A DNA stretch of 64,000 bases from positions 27,939,019-28,003,018 of the forward strand of contig NC_069003.1 in the NCBI RefSeq assembly GCF_001194135.2, written 5' to 3'. Both the position numbers and the translations under genes were made by a program. This document shows, piece after piece, positions 1 through 11,491 of the stretch. Under the pieces are notes generated by a model. That model was given only the letters and a program-made list of their open reading frames with translations, was not told the DNA's origin and ran no database searches. Numbering within the stretch: the stretch's first letter is position 1; each line of letters starts with the position of its first letter. The stretch comes from Octopus bimaculoides (lineage: Eukaryota).

Positions 1-285
1 TATATATATGCACACGTGTATTATATATACATGCACATGTGTGCTTATGTATAGATATATACATCCGTATACACACACACACATTTATAAAATGCTAAGA
101 TAAGATGAAAGCTAACGATAAAAATATGTGAATCTCATTTTTAAAAATTAAACCATACAGCACACAAAAAATATCTTTAAATGGTATTTGATTCCAAATG
201 TCATCTTCCTTGAAATACAGAGAAACATTTGGTAAGAAGAAAATAATGAAATTTCAGTTTCGTTAACCAGCTGAGGATTATTGAT

Positions 286-470
286 CATTATCATGTTAAA
301 CCCCATTTTTCCATGCTTACAGTCAAGTGGAAACTCTGCGAAGCATATTTTCTACAGCCAGATTGTCCTTTACAAACCCTCATCTGTTTCCAGGTAAGGT
401 ATTATTTCGTCATTGGCCAAACATATCTCCACAGCAGACTTGAAGTAAATGACACTGCTTATATGACAGT
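286..470 (-). mobile_element. Decayed SINE of the RTE-tail type (family C variant)
   Basis: Aligns by eye with 50358-50560 (ttttccatg(c/t)tt...ctcatctgtttcca(g/a)gtaaggt). The minus strand ends gcatggaaaaatgggg-tttaacatgataatga. Confidence 0.55.
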
Positions 471-540
471 GACACTCATTTATGACTGTCATGTTATGTT
501 AAGACAAGGTGACACAAACACACTCACACTGGACATGTAA

Positions 541-660
541 TGGCTTCTTTCAGTTTCTGTTTGCCAAATCTATCATAAGGCCTTGGTTGACCCAGGACTA
601 TAGTAGAAAACACTGGTGCTATGTAGTGATACTGAACCTGAAACCATGTGGTGCATCTGT
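541..660 (-). mobile_element. Family A SINE, 5' portion
   Basis: ggcttctttcagtttctg...ccaaat...ctatagtagaa...ctgaacctgaaaccatgtgg matches the other family A copies. Confidence 0.6.
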
Positions 661-686
661 GTGTCTGAAAGTATGTATGTACAAAT

Positions 687-724
<38 letters not shown>

Positions 725-2332
725 TATGATTTATCTTTGAATGATACATTCAAATGATGGGTTTATCTGAGCTGCCAATCTCTTTAATCCCCAAGTCATA
801 TACTGCCACTTTCAATAATTTAGAGTTAGAGAAAGTGTGTATATGAGAGAGAGAGAGTTCTTGGAACCTTTCAGACATATTATGTCCTCTGCATTATATA
901 ATCATGAGCTAAAGTGGGAACCTCTACATAGTTGCTCAACCTCCTAGAATGTTAGCCAAATCACTGTCAACTCAAACCTTAGCATCTTGGTAAAAGAAAG
1001 GACACATATTTTGCTTTTATCATCAGAAGAGGAAAAGCATCTCTTACAATGTTTTATACTGTGGGGTTTCCAAGACTAATCAGAGGAAGAGAGAGAGGTT
1101 ATCTTTATATTGGTAATTTGCCTGAATTCCAACTAATGGCATCTAAAAGCCAGACAGTCTTTGAATGGGGCACAGATTAAGTCTACCACCACCTAAAACT
1201 AAGAATGCGAACCCCCATTGGTTTAACACCCATTTTCTATCTTTCATTCGCAAGGCCTTCATTTACCCAGTCTAAAACAGAGATACTTGTCTCTGATGTC
1301 ATACATTGGTATTGAACCAGAAGCAAGTTTCTTAACCACATAACCTTGCATTCACCCATACAACAGTAATGTAATCTTATACACCTTTAAAAGGACTGCG
1401 TAGTCAAGGCTGGGATGTCTTTGATCATTGATTTGTTCTGTCATTGTTTACCTGGTGCTAAGCTGCTGCTATTGCTACTACTATTACATGATCTGATTGA
1501 ATTTTTGTGACCATAATTCTCTAAAAAATAATTTATTTCGGGAAAAATCAATCTATTACTGAAGTCTGCCTTTTTGGCTAATGTCTCACTTGGACTTCAT
1601 CTTTGTGTATTCATATATATATATATATATATATATNNNNNNNNNNNNNNNNNNNNNNNNNNNNNNNNNNNNNNNNNNNNNNNNNNNNNNNNNNNNNNNN
1701 NNNNNNNNNNNNNNNNNNNNNNNNNNNNNNNNNNNNNNNNNNNNNNNNNNNNNNNNNNNNNNNNNNNNNNNNNNNNNNNNNNNNNNNNNNNNNNNNNNNN
1801 NNNNNNNNNNNNNNNNNNNNNNNNNNNNNNNNNNNNNNNNNNNNNNNNNNNNNNNNNNNNNNNNNNNNNNNNNNNNNNNNNNNNNNNNNNNNNNNNNNNN
1901 NNNNNNNNNNNNNNNNNNNNNNNNNNNNNNNNNNNNNNNNNNNNNNNNNNNNNNNNNNNNNNNNNNNNNNNNNNNNNNNNNNNNNNNNNNNNNNNNNNNN
2001 NNNNNNNNNNNNNNNNNNNNNNNNNNNNNNNNNNNNNNNNNNNNNNNNNNNNNNNNNNNNNNNNNNNNNNNNNNNNNNNNNNNNNNNNNNNNNNNNNNNN
2101 NNNNNNNNNNNNNNNNNNNNNNNNNNNNNNNNNNNNNNNNNNNNNNNNNNNNNNNNNNNNNNNNNNNNNNNNNNNNNNNNNNNNNNNNNNNNNNNNNNNN
2201 NNNNNNNNNNNNNNNNNNNNNNNNNNNNNNNNNNNNNNNNNNNNNNNNNNNNNNNNNNNNNNNNNNNNNNNNNNNNNNNNNNNNNNNNNNNNNNNNNNNN
2301 NNNNNNNNNNNNNNNNNNNNNNNNNNNNNNNN

Positions 2333-2597
2333 ACAACTGATGCTTCTAATGTTCAGCTTTTCTCTCAAGATACTTACACTCTGACGGGTATTCACATTGA
2401 CATTACACATCCAACGGAGCATACTGGCTTCATTCCTTGCGAGCTTACGTATGTCCTCAGCAGTTACAGCCCATGTTTCACTGCCATGTAGCATGGCTGT
2501 TCATACGCATGCGTCATACAGTCTGCCTTTTACTCTAAGTGAGAGTCCCTTTGTCGCCAGCAGGGGTAAGAGCTCTCTAAACTTTGCCCAGGCTATT

Positions 2598-2599
<2 letters not shown>
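2333..2599 (-). mobile_element. RTE-clade LINE fragment (region C-terminal to the reverse transcriptase)
   Basis: Minus strand reads RIAWAKFRELLPLLATKGLSLRVKGRLYDACV*TAMLHGSETWAVTAEDIRKLARNEASMLRWMC, the typical RTE LYGSETW...MLRW block, with one TGA stop. Bounded by a gap and by (TA)n. Confidence 0.9.
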
Positions 2600-2634
<35 letters not shown>

Positions 2635-3079
2635 GCAATCACAGTCAAATCTCCTAAGCACTCCTTATAATCTTTAAGAAACAGCATGCTATGAATAATG
2701 TAGTCCAAGATACACCAATTCCTAGAAGGAAAAAATAAGAAAGACATAATGGTCATGACTTCGACACCCTTAAACATGTTCAGTCATGCAGAGCTGATTT
2801 GGGACTTAATAACAAATGCTGCCAGAATGATTAAGAAAATTTGCTAAGACCTTAAATAAATGTTGTTTGCCAAGAAAGGTGAGGAAATATAATATCACAT
2901 AACAAAACTGGCAACAACGTTTCATAGTGATAGAGTAATCTTCTCTGATGAACTTCAGAATGTTTTTTTTTTTTTTACTGTAATAGTAGTAGTCGCAAAA
3001 GTGGACGAGTACTTTTAGCTACCTTGATGTAGCACATTCTACCTATGACCATCTTTTCTTTTTTCTTCAATTTCTTATA

Positions 3080-3410
3080 GGATATCTGAGCAAGAGGATT
3101 AAAGTTTGGGTCTTCAGGTATTTGGTCCATGCAGTCTTACTTTATCATTGTAAGACTAGGGCACCGTCCTGGTTCCTTAGATGTCTGATCTCCTTTAGTA
3201 TCATCCAATGATTATACTCAGAAGCTAGGGTGCATCCTGTTATTTGTATAACTTGGGGGTTGTTTACTTGATTTTCTGGGTTGGATTCTATGTATTGTGT
3301 TCCCTTCTCTGAGGACCCAGCTGGGGTGATGGCTCATGTTGGTCGGCCGCATGCCATAACAGTCGTGGCAGATGAGGAAGTATCTTGCAGAGGTGAAGAC
3401 TGACAATAGC
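3080..3410 (+). mobile_element. Old RTE-clade LINE remnant
   Basis: YLSKRIKVWVFRYLVHAVLLYHCKT resembles RTE TKVRVFRSLVLPVLLYGCETW. Downstream EDPAG...GRP and WQMRKYLAEV appear after frameshifts. Confidence 0.6.
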
Positions 3411-4388
3411 ACATGCCTCTCTACCTAACCTGAACTGCTTAAATTTCATTATTTTACCCAATTCATTTCTTTTTAAGATGTTAAATTGTGGTTTGGAGAA
3501 GAGATTTGGTTAGTGTTTCTCACAGGTGATGTCACAGTGCCTCTCTATGTAGAGGCTTTTTTGATTTGTTGATGGAGAACCAGTATGGTTGTTACTGTTG
3601 TTGGTTAGCTCCAAATCAACCCAAAACAATCAGACCCCACAACCAAAAGTACCAAGTGACAACCATTGTATCATCTTTTTTAGGGAAATGTAGGACTCTA
3701 CTATGTGTGTCTTTCCCTTTTTTTAAGAAAGCAGGGTATGATTTGAAGGATGTTTGACTGCTATTTCAAGTAGAGACTCGACCCCCACTCAGGCCCCACC
3801 CTGTTGTTTTGGAGAATATTGTTTGTTTGCTGAGGGAGTTTCTGATACTACAAGATAACTCCTTTAATGCTCCAGCATATCCACTGCTCTGGACACATGT
3901 TATATTTATTGGCTTTGAAAGAGTGACCATTGCAGGATTTGGACTGAATATGCTGAGAGCTGGAACAAATGTTGCAAAACATTATATCCAACTCTTTAAC
4001 AACTCTACCAATTCACTGCCTTATACATTAATTAAAATTAAATTTATAATGCAATAACCAGTCTGATCTTTAGCAGTATGCTGACAACTTTAGGCATATT
4101 TTAATCTTATTAATGACGTGGCCTAATCAGACCCAAATATGACTTGGAGTTGTCACTTAACTGCTAAAGATCACATTCACTCACCACAGCATTCCATATT
4201 TAATTTGCTTTAAAATGTTGTAATTGTCTCACCCTAGCTTTTTTTAATTTTTTACCAGAATTATTTAGAACAATGTTGTCCTCATCATTAAGGAAGTAGT
4301 TTTAATTAATATGCTAATGTTCACTTTATACACATATGTGTGTGTGAGTCTGTGTGTACACACAAAAGAGTGTGTGTGTGTATTTATG

Positions 4389-4434
<46 letters not shown>

Positions 4435-4437
4435 AGA

Positions 4438-4790
4438 GGTGCAGGTATGGCTGTGGGGTTAAGAAGCTTGGTTTGTAAACATGTTGTTTTGGGATCAGTC
4501 CCACTGTTCAGCACCTTTGGTGCCTTGCATTATAGCTCCAGACTGGCTAATGTCTTGTGAGAGAATTTAGTAGACGGAAACTGTATGGAAGCGTGTTGTG
4601 TGTGTGTATGTATATGTACGTATATATGTCTGTGTGAATTTTCATGTCTGCATTTGTTAATTCCCCACTCCACTGCTTGACAACTGGTGTTGGTTTGTTT
4701 ATGTCTCTATAATTTTGCAGTTCAGTTGTAGGGAGACTGCTAGAATAAGTACCAAAGTTTAAAAAAAAATCTAAGTACTGAGGCTTTCAT
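4438..4790 (+). mobile_element. Family A SINE, near full length, decayed
   Basis: Head ggtgcaggtatggctgtggggttaagaagctt...ggatcagtcccactg, internal (TG/TA)n, then body cttgacaactggtgttggtttgtttatgtc...tagaataagtacc. Confidence 0.75.
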
Positions 4791-7074
4791 ATAATCTATA
4801 GGTGAGCAACTCTATGTTGATCTCATCTTTTTCAATCTCAACTATATTATCTTTCAGCTCACATCTAGACTGTATAAATCTACATAGTTATTGATGACAA
4901 TGGGTGTGTAATACAAGCAATATATGGTCAAATATAGGACATATCTCTCACCTCAATTTTCTCACAACATCTAGTCAATCAATATTTAATATAAAATGAG
5001 AATACCGATGGCAGCTGCATTTTGTTCTTGTCTGTTTGGCATTGTTTTTGTTTTTAATATCGGACAAGTCTTAAAATGGACATAAATATAAATGAATTTT
5101 GACAGATATTATTCAGTTAGACAATTCTTATAGAATTTGCAGTAAAGACAGACTCCTTGAAAACTCTTAAAGATGTATTCAGATTGTTATCTATATATTT
5201 CATGTTCTTTTTAAATTGTCCCAGGTAAAGGCTGATTGGATAACACTTTAATTAACTACAGTAATTGTATTGATTATACGAAAGATTATGAAGAGTTTTC
5301 TAAAGAATAACAGTTGACAGAAATTTGTTAGATTTGGGGATTTATTCTTTCTTTTGTTGTTTTATAATTTGTTAGTAATGTTATTCATTTCCGGGTTATC
5401 CCTGATGAAGAGATTTAAGGTGAAATATGGTCTGGTCATAGGTAATTTTGTTGAAGATATGACAACTATTTTAGCGTGTAAGGCAAACCTGTTGCAATTC
5501 CTACATTGTGAATTAATACTGTTATTGCTATAGTTAATATACTTATGATAAAGATGGTAAAGATAAGGTACAGCAGCTCTCTGCTGCATCTCTCCTCTTT
5601 CATGCCTGAAAGCTTTTGGTCATGCCACTGGTGTTGAGTGCGCATTCTATCCAGCTGAGTAAACTGAAGTAACATGAAGAAGTAGAGTGGGTTTCTGTGC
5701 AGTTTCTTGGTAGATAGTTTCTATCTACCAAATTCCACTCGCAAAATATTTCTCACCCTAAGGTCTTATCCAAGTGGGGTTGAACTCAGGACCATGAAGC
5801 AAACTTCTTAACCCCACAAACAGGCCTCTCTTTACTTTTAGAACTTAGTTTATGTTTATGTACAAAAGCAGATGTTAGGCAGCATTGCACATTGTGACTC
5901 CAAACGTCAGTGTTTACAAAATATTACATATATGATGTTTGTTTTTATCAAAGACAAAGTTAAATCAAATATCAAAGTTATTTCACCATTTTGCTGGCTC
6001 ACTGGACAAGGAAATTAGAATTTTAATGATAAATGTAGATTTCTTTTTCGCTGTCAACCTTTCGGTTGTTAGAAGGAAAGAAAAGAATAACAAGCATTAT
6101 TTTTCTGATCTTCTCAATTCGAGAAACTTTCTTTAAATGGGAAACATTGTGAAGGCTTCTTCAATATCTGTTCCAATTAGGCAACCAACACTAAGAAATA
6201 ATTTATATTACTGTAGGCATCATTGAAATAATCGCCTAATTAAAAGTAAAATATAGTGGGAAATGAAAGTAATTAATTGCTTTGCTTGATTTTCTTTTCT
6301 GTTTGTGTTTGCTGGTGGTTTTGTATTGTGACCAGATGGGAGGAATGGCCTGCAGCTATTTGGTTCCAGGAAGGTTTGGAATTAACAGTTGTGAAGCTCT
6401 GAATGTGGAATCAACAGTTGTGAGGTGTAAAGTTGTAAGAGTGGAGAAAAATATTCAGGGATGCCTGATGCATGGACTCTTAATAGTAAAGTGAATGCTA
6501 GTATCCTTAATATAGTAAACCAGGAAATTTCAGTCATAATTTCACCCTTAGAGATGAAAGTAAGTCATTATCTACATGATCAATTTTAGTTAAAAATATT
6601 TGTAAGGGAGTCAGCCCCAAAATTTCAATTTAATAGGGAATGTAGCAATATGGTGGCAACTCTGGATGTGTTTCAGGCTTATTAGACCTCATCCACAAGA
6701 CTTAGTATAATTGTAACTTAGAATGACTGTTTATATATAATATATTTCTATCATCTGCACTAACAAGTGAGCATCTATGCAGTCATTTGAGCTGTGAGAT
6801 ACAGTAGCTAAGTATCCCTCATTTTTACACTCTACAACATGTTAAAAGTGGATGGTCACATTAAGTACAGTGTCTCTGAATGCTTACTGCCTTGAAAAGA
6901 ACAGGATGGTCATGCTTGGAAAACCATTGATTATAAGTCTGCTCAGTAAAGACTGACTTGGTGTTAACTATTATTATGTTTCCATAAAACTAGGACACAA
7001 TAGTTTCATCAATACTATAACTATATGATGATATAGAATGTAAATTAAAGAACTGTTGTTTATCTTGTTATATT

Positions 7075-7278
7075 CATTGAACTGTGGTAATGCTGGGGCT
7101 CTGCCTTAAGGGGTTTAGTTAAAGAAATTGACCCCAGTACATTTTTTTTTTTAAGTTTCAGTACTTATTGGTCTTTATTGCTGAACTGCTAAGTTATGAG
7201 AATAAACAAACCAACACCAGATGTCAAGCTTTGGCAGGAGGACAAGCACAAAAGCTGAAGACAGATATACATACACAA

Positions 7279-7327
<49 letters not shown>

Positions 7328-7330
7328 AAA
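7075..7330 (-). mobile_element. Family A SINE, 3' half
   Basis: atgctggggctctgcc...ttgaccccagtac...gctgaactgctaagttatg...aacaaaccaacaccag followed by (CA)n. Confidence 0.6.
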
Positions 7331-7339
7331 ACTACAATA

Positions 7340-7500
7340 CATGAAGACAAGATAAGAAAGTAAACAAACAGGGTAAATCAGATTTACACTCTGGATGAAT
7401 GAGAAGTTTTTTAAATTTTGAGCATATGCTCTTCTTCAGAAAGAATAGGAATAGGCAAGGAGAGAAAAACAAGGGAGAGAGAAAAGAACAAATGTTTCTC
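7340..7500 (-). mobile_element. Probable Penelope-like element terminal remnant with a hammerhead-like core
   Basis: Minus strand CTGAAGA-A-GAGC-ATAT-GCTC-AAAA (GAAA to AAAA), in a pyrimidine-rich context recalled as typical of PLE pseudo-LTRs. Confidence 0.4.
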
Positions 7501-7989
7501 AAATTAGACCGTCACTGATGGACTTCAACATGGTTTTTGTCTACCATATTCATTCACAAGGCATTGATTAGCTCAGTGCTGTAGTGGAAGACTATTGCCC
7601 AAGGTTCACATCATCGTATTGAACCCAAAACTGTATGGTTGCAAAGAGAGCTTAGCAATAATATTTTTGGAAAAAAAAAACCCATAAAAATCCACCTTCA
7701 ATGCCATAATGAAGAAATATAGAACAGAATGAGACATTCTTGAAATCATGTAGACAGGTTGTAACTCCAGATAAAAACTGATTTAAACTGCGAAAAGGAT
7801 CCATGTAACTAATGCCTGCATGGAAAAGTGAATGTATGATGAAGATATTGATGATGGTTTGATAAATAAATATGTTATAATCTAATCATAGATGTATTGG
7901 TTATACAGTTTTGAAACCATCAATCACTCTTATAATCCTTTTTTTTTTTAATGAATGGCTGACAAATGTATTTTTGTGTCAAATGTGCA

Positions 7990-8013
7990 TATATCTAAAT
8001 GTATGTGCATCTA

Positions 8014-8057
<44 letters not shown>

Positions 8058-8236
8058 CTGTGTGTGTGTGTATATATATATATATATGTATGTATATATA
8101 TATGCATATGTGTGTTAGTGTGTATACATATATATGTGTGTGATGTTGTGTATATATATGTGTGTGTGTGTATATATATATATATGTATGTATATATATA
8201 TGCATATGTGTGTGATGTGTATATATATGTGTGTGG

Positions 8237-8291
<55 letters not shown>

Positions 8292-8300
8292 TACATATGT
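7990..8300. repeat. Compound (TG)n/(TA)n microsatellite with an internal ~95-bp duplication
   Basis: The block gtgtgtgtgtatatatatatatatatgtatgtatatatatatgcatatgtgtgt occurs at about 8065 and again at about 8160. Confidence 0.9.
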
Positions 8301-8633
8301 AGTTAGTTGTGTGAGCAACTACGATAAATATTGATGACTTTGAACATCTATTTTTCATTTTGTTCTTATCTTTTCATTTGTTTATATAAATGCTCTGTTA
8401 ATTATTCACGAATATTTAGTATTTGTCTTTTATACTTCTGATTCATGTGATATCTGATTTGATATTTTCTCGTTTATATATATATATAATAATGTATGTA
8501 CACATGTATGTATGTTTGGCAAAGAATAGTATTTGTGCGAAAGAATACTTACCTGTCCCCCTCCAACCCCACAACCATTCTAGGATAAGAGTATTCTATT
8601 CTGTTCGATTCTTTGTGTGTGTACTTTATTTAT

Positions 8634-8828
8634 AACGTGCTCATATATCTGTTAGCTAATGCTAATATTTTATCTATTCAGTGTATATTTAAGTATTTAG
8701 AACATGCTTCTATGTATGTTAATGTTAACACTTTATCCTTGTCAGTGTATATTTTTATATTTATAACATGCTCCTGTATCTGATTGTCAATACTTTTTCC
8801 CTTTATATATTTATATATTTTTAACATG

Positions 8829-8873
<45 letters not shown>

Positions 8874-8962
8874 NNNNNNNNNNNNNNNNNNNNNNNNNNN
8901 NNNNNNNNNNNNNNNNNNNNNNNNNNNNNNNNNNNNNNNNNNNNNNNNNNNNNNNNNNNNNN

Positions 8963-9008
<46 letters not shown>

Positions 9009-9070
9009 AACTAATGTTAATACATCATCTATGCAGTGTATATTTATAAATTTAAAACATGCTCACTTGT
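8634..9070. repeat. Degenerate ~58-67 bp tandem repeat, about 5 units, split by (TA)n and a gap
   Basis: Anchor aac(a/g)tgct at 8634, 8701, 8765, 8823 and 9056; cagtgtatattt at about 8679, 8743 and 9035. Confidence 0.7.
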
Positions 9071-9850
9071 TTCTATTGAAACACTGTCTCAAATGGCATT
9101 GAATAGTAAAACTCTATCAGAATAGCACATTAAGAATTCAGTAATTGTTCTAACAGTTCAACTATTCTTTTTTATGGCATCAGCTTGTACCAGAAAATTC
9201 TTGTAAATAATGGGGACTTCTATCAGCTTTAGGCTGTTCAGTGAATATTGAATGTTTTTATTCACTGTAAACTTTCAACGTACACCTATTGGTTCTTATT
9301 GATTCAGGAGGACAGTACTTAGATGTAATTCTCCTATTGTCTTCTGCAGTGAGTTTTATAATTGGTGCAACCTTAGAAACACACTGACATTGCAAAATAA
9401 ACAGGTTTGTTAAGCCATTATCACAAATGGTTTAGAGTTTATGGTGGATATGTCGATGTAATTCATATTTTTTCTCACCATTTTAATACTCATTTTGCCT
9501 TTGTATCTGGTGTAGGTTGATTGTGCTCATAATACAGCATAGCTTCATCTTTATATAGTGTTGTCTTGTTTGAGACACTAACATTCCCTCCTTTATTCGA
9601 TGCTATAATAAGTATATAAAGTGTAGCCATTTTTATTGTTATGTTCTCTTTTCTATAATAATTATTATTTTGTGATGACAGATATTATAATGATAGTAAT
9701 TAGGTTTTGGATACAGTGGTATAATGATTTAGTCAAAAGATAGAATAGAATTATACGAATGGTTTATAAATCATGGGTAAGTTGAAAGGATGATATAAAG
9801 ATAAACAGAAATAGGAAGTTGGGACACTTTTGCCTTTCCAAATGACTAAT

Positions 9851-10243
9851 CTTTTATCTTCTGCTTGTTTTAGCCATTAACCTGTGGTCATGCTGGGGCA
9901 CCACCTTGAAGAATTTTTAGTCAAATGAATTGATCCCATTACTTATTTTTTGTTAAATCTGGTACTTATTCTACTGGTCTCTTTTTGCTGAAATGCTAAG
10001 TTTTGGTGATGTAAACACATCAACACCAGCTGTCAAGTAGTAGTGGGGGAGCAACAAAGACACACACACACACATATATACGACGAGCTTCTTTCAGTTT
10101 CCATCTACCAAATGCACTCACAAGGCTTTGGTTGGCTTCAGGCTATAGTAGAAGACACTTGCCCAAGATGCCATGTAGTGGGACTGAACCCAGAACCATG
10201 TGGTTGGGAAGCAAATTTCTTACCACACAGCCATGCCTGTGCC
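9851..10243 (-). mobile_element. Family A SINE, full length
   Basis: Minus strand has an A-box-like tggctgtgtggtaag, a B-box-like ggttcagtccc, then cttgggcaagtgtctt, an internal microsatellite and the tail ggtgccccagcatgacc...aaacaagcagaagataaaag. Confidence 0.9.
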
Positions 10244-10399
10244 AAATAATATTAACAGATGATGGAATTAATTTGTCTTAGAGGCTGATTATATGAAAGA
10301 TAAATCCTGATGTGGTACTTTCTACATAGTGATTCAATCTGCTCACAATACTTGCCAAATCCCTCTCAAATCAACAATCAGTGCATTTTTTCTGGAAAA

Positions 10400-10650
10400 G
10401 GTAACTGTGTGGTAAGAAGCTTGCTTCTGAACCACATGGGTTCAGTCCCACTATGTAGCACTCCTGGGAAAGTGTCTTCTACTATAGCTTTGGGCTGACC
10501 AAAGTCTCGTGAGTTGCTTTGGTAGACGGAAACTGAAAGAAGCCCATCATACATATATGTGTGTGTCTGTGTTTGTCCCCACACCATCGCTTGACAACCG
10601 ATGTTAGTGTGTTTATATCCCCATAATTTAGTGGTTCAGCAAAATAAGTA
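10400..10650 (+). mobile_element. Family A SINE, 3'-truncated
   Basis: ctgtgtggtaagaagcttgcttctgaaccacatgggttcagtcccact...ggtagacggaaactgaaagaagccc. Confidence 0.85.
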
Positions 10651-10887
10651 CAATGTAACCCCTCACTTCTTTCCATCAGATGTGAGAGCTATAATTTTAT
10701 TGAGTTGCAAACAAACATACATGCGCATTTTCTGCAATGATTTGGTAAGTAGTGTTGATGTTACAATTCTGTAAATAGTAATAATATTTTATAAGTTTAA
10801 AGCTTGTAAGTGATTACTGTGCATTAACTAAGGAAAATAGTCAAATATTGGGGTATATAAGCCCTCGACAGAAAGAAGTAGGGTTTT

Positions 10888-10955
10888 CCGTACACGTGGG
10901 ACTCGAACTCATTCCTCTGTTTTCATTACAAGTGTACTACCATTACACCAACATA
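10888..10955 (-). pseudogene. tRNA-derived sequence (pseudo-tRNA or head of a distinct SINE)
   Basis: Minus strand TGGTGTAATGGTAGTACAC (A box, GTGT/ACAC D-stem) and GAGTTCGAGTCCC (B box). The acceptor and T stems pair poorly. Confidence 0.5.
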
Positions 10956-11459
10956 TTTCTTTATTTAGCCATATACATTAAGTGCCATCATTGACGGTCC
11001 TCATCTAATGTCTGAGAGCTGTTGACTTGTCAAGTGCCTGTTAAACAAAAGTGGTCAGGATTCTGGGCTCATGCATTGACTACTCGGGGCTTTCAGAGCT
11101 CCCACTTCTGCTTAGTTTGCTTCATCCTAGATCAGCTACTCTGGGGCACATTTCCTAATGTTGCTGTAACAGCCAGATGTCTCAGATGTATGGTTTATGA
11201 TTCTGGATTGGTGAGTAGTCTTTTAGGTATATCTGTTTAATAATATCATGCTAAAGATAAAGTTTAATTGAGTTAGATATTTCATTTCATGAAACTGCTG
11301 TGGTTGTAAGTTCGTAAGTATAAATATACTCTTCACCTTTATCTTTCTTGAAAATTGATTTATGGTTCACAGAGCTATATGTTCTTACGGTATTTACATC
11401 TTACTTCTTTAACACACACACACATGTATACACATATAAATATGTGTGAGTATATGAAC

Positions 11460-11491
<32 letters not shown>

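Noticed and set aside
323-399. Apparent exon cttacAG...ttccag|GTAAGG with open frames
   Set aside because: It lies inside a repeat also present at 50358-50560, which carries the same gtaaggt.
5402-5432. CTGATGA...GAAA...GTC hammerhead-like spacing
   Set aside because: Stem II (AGAGATTTAAGGT) does not pair and stem I is out of register; at most a decayed relic.
5939-6136. ISKLFHHFAGSLDKEIRILMIN, reminiscent of an ARF/ARL N-terminus
   Set aside because: The GLDxAGKT P-loop does not follow and there is no suitable donor site; likely chance.
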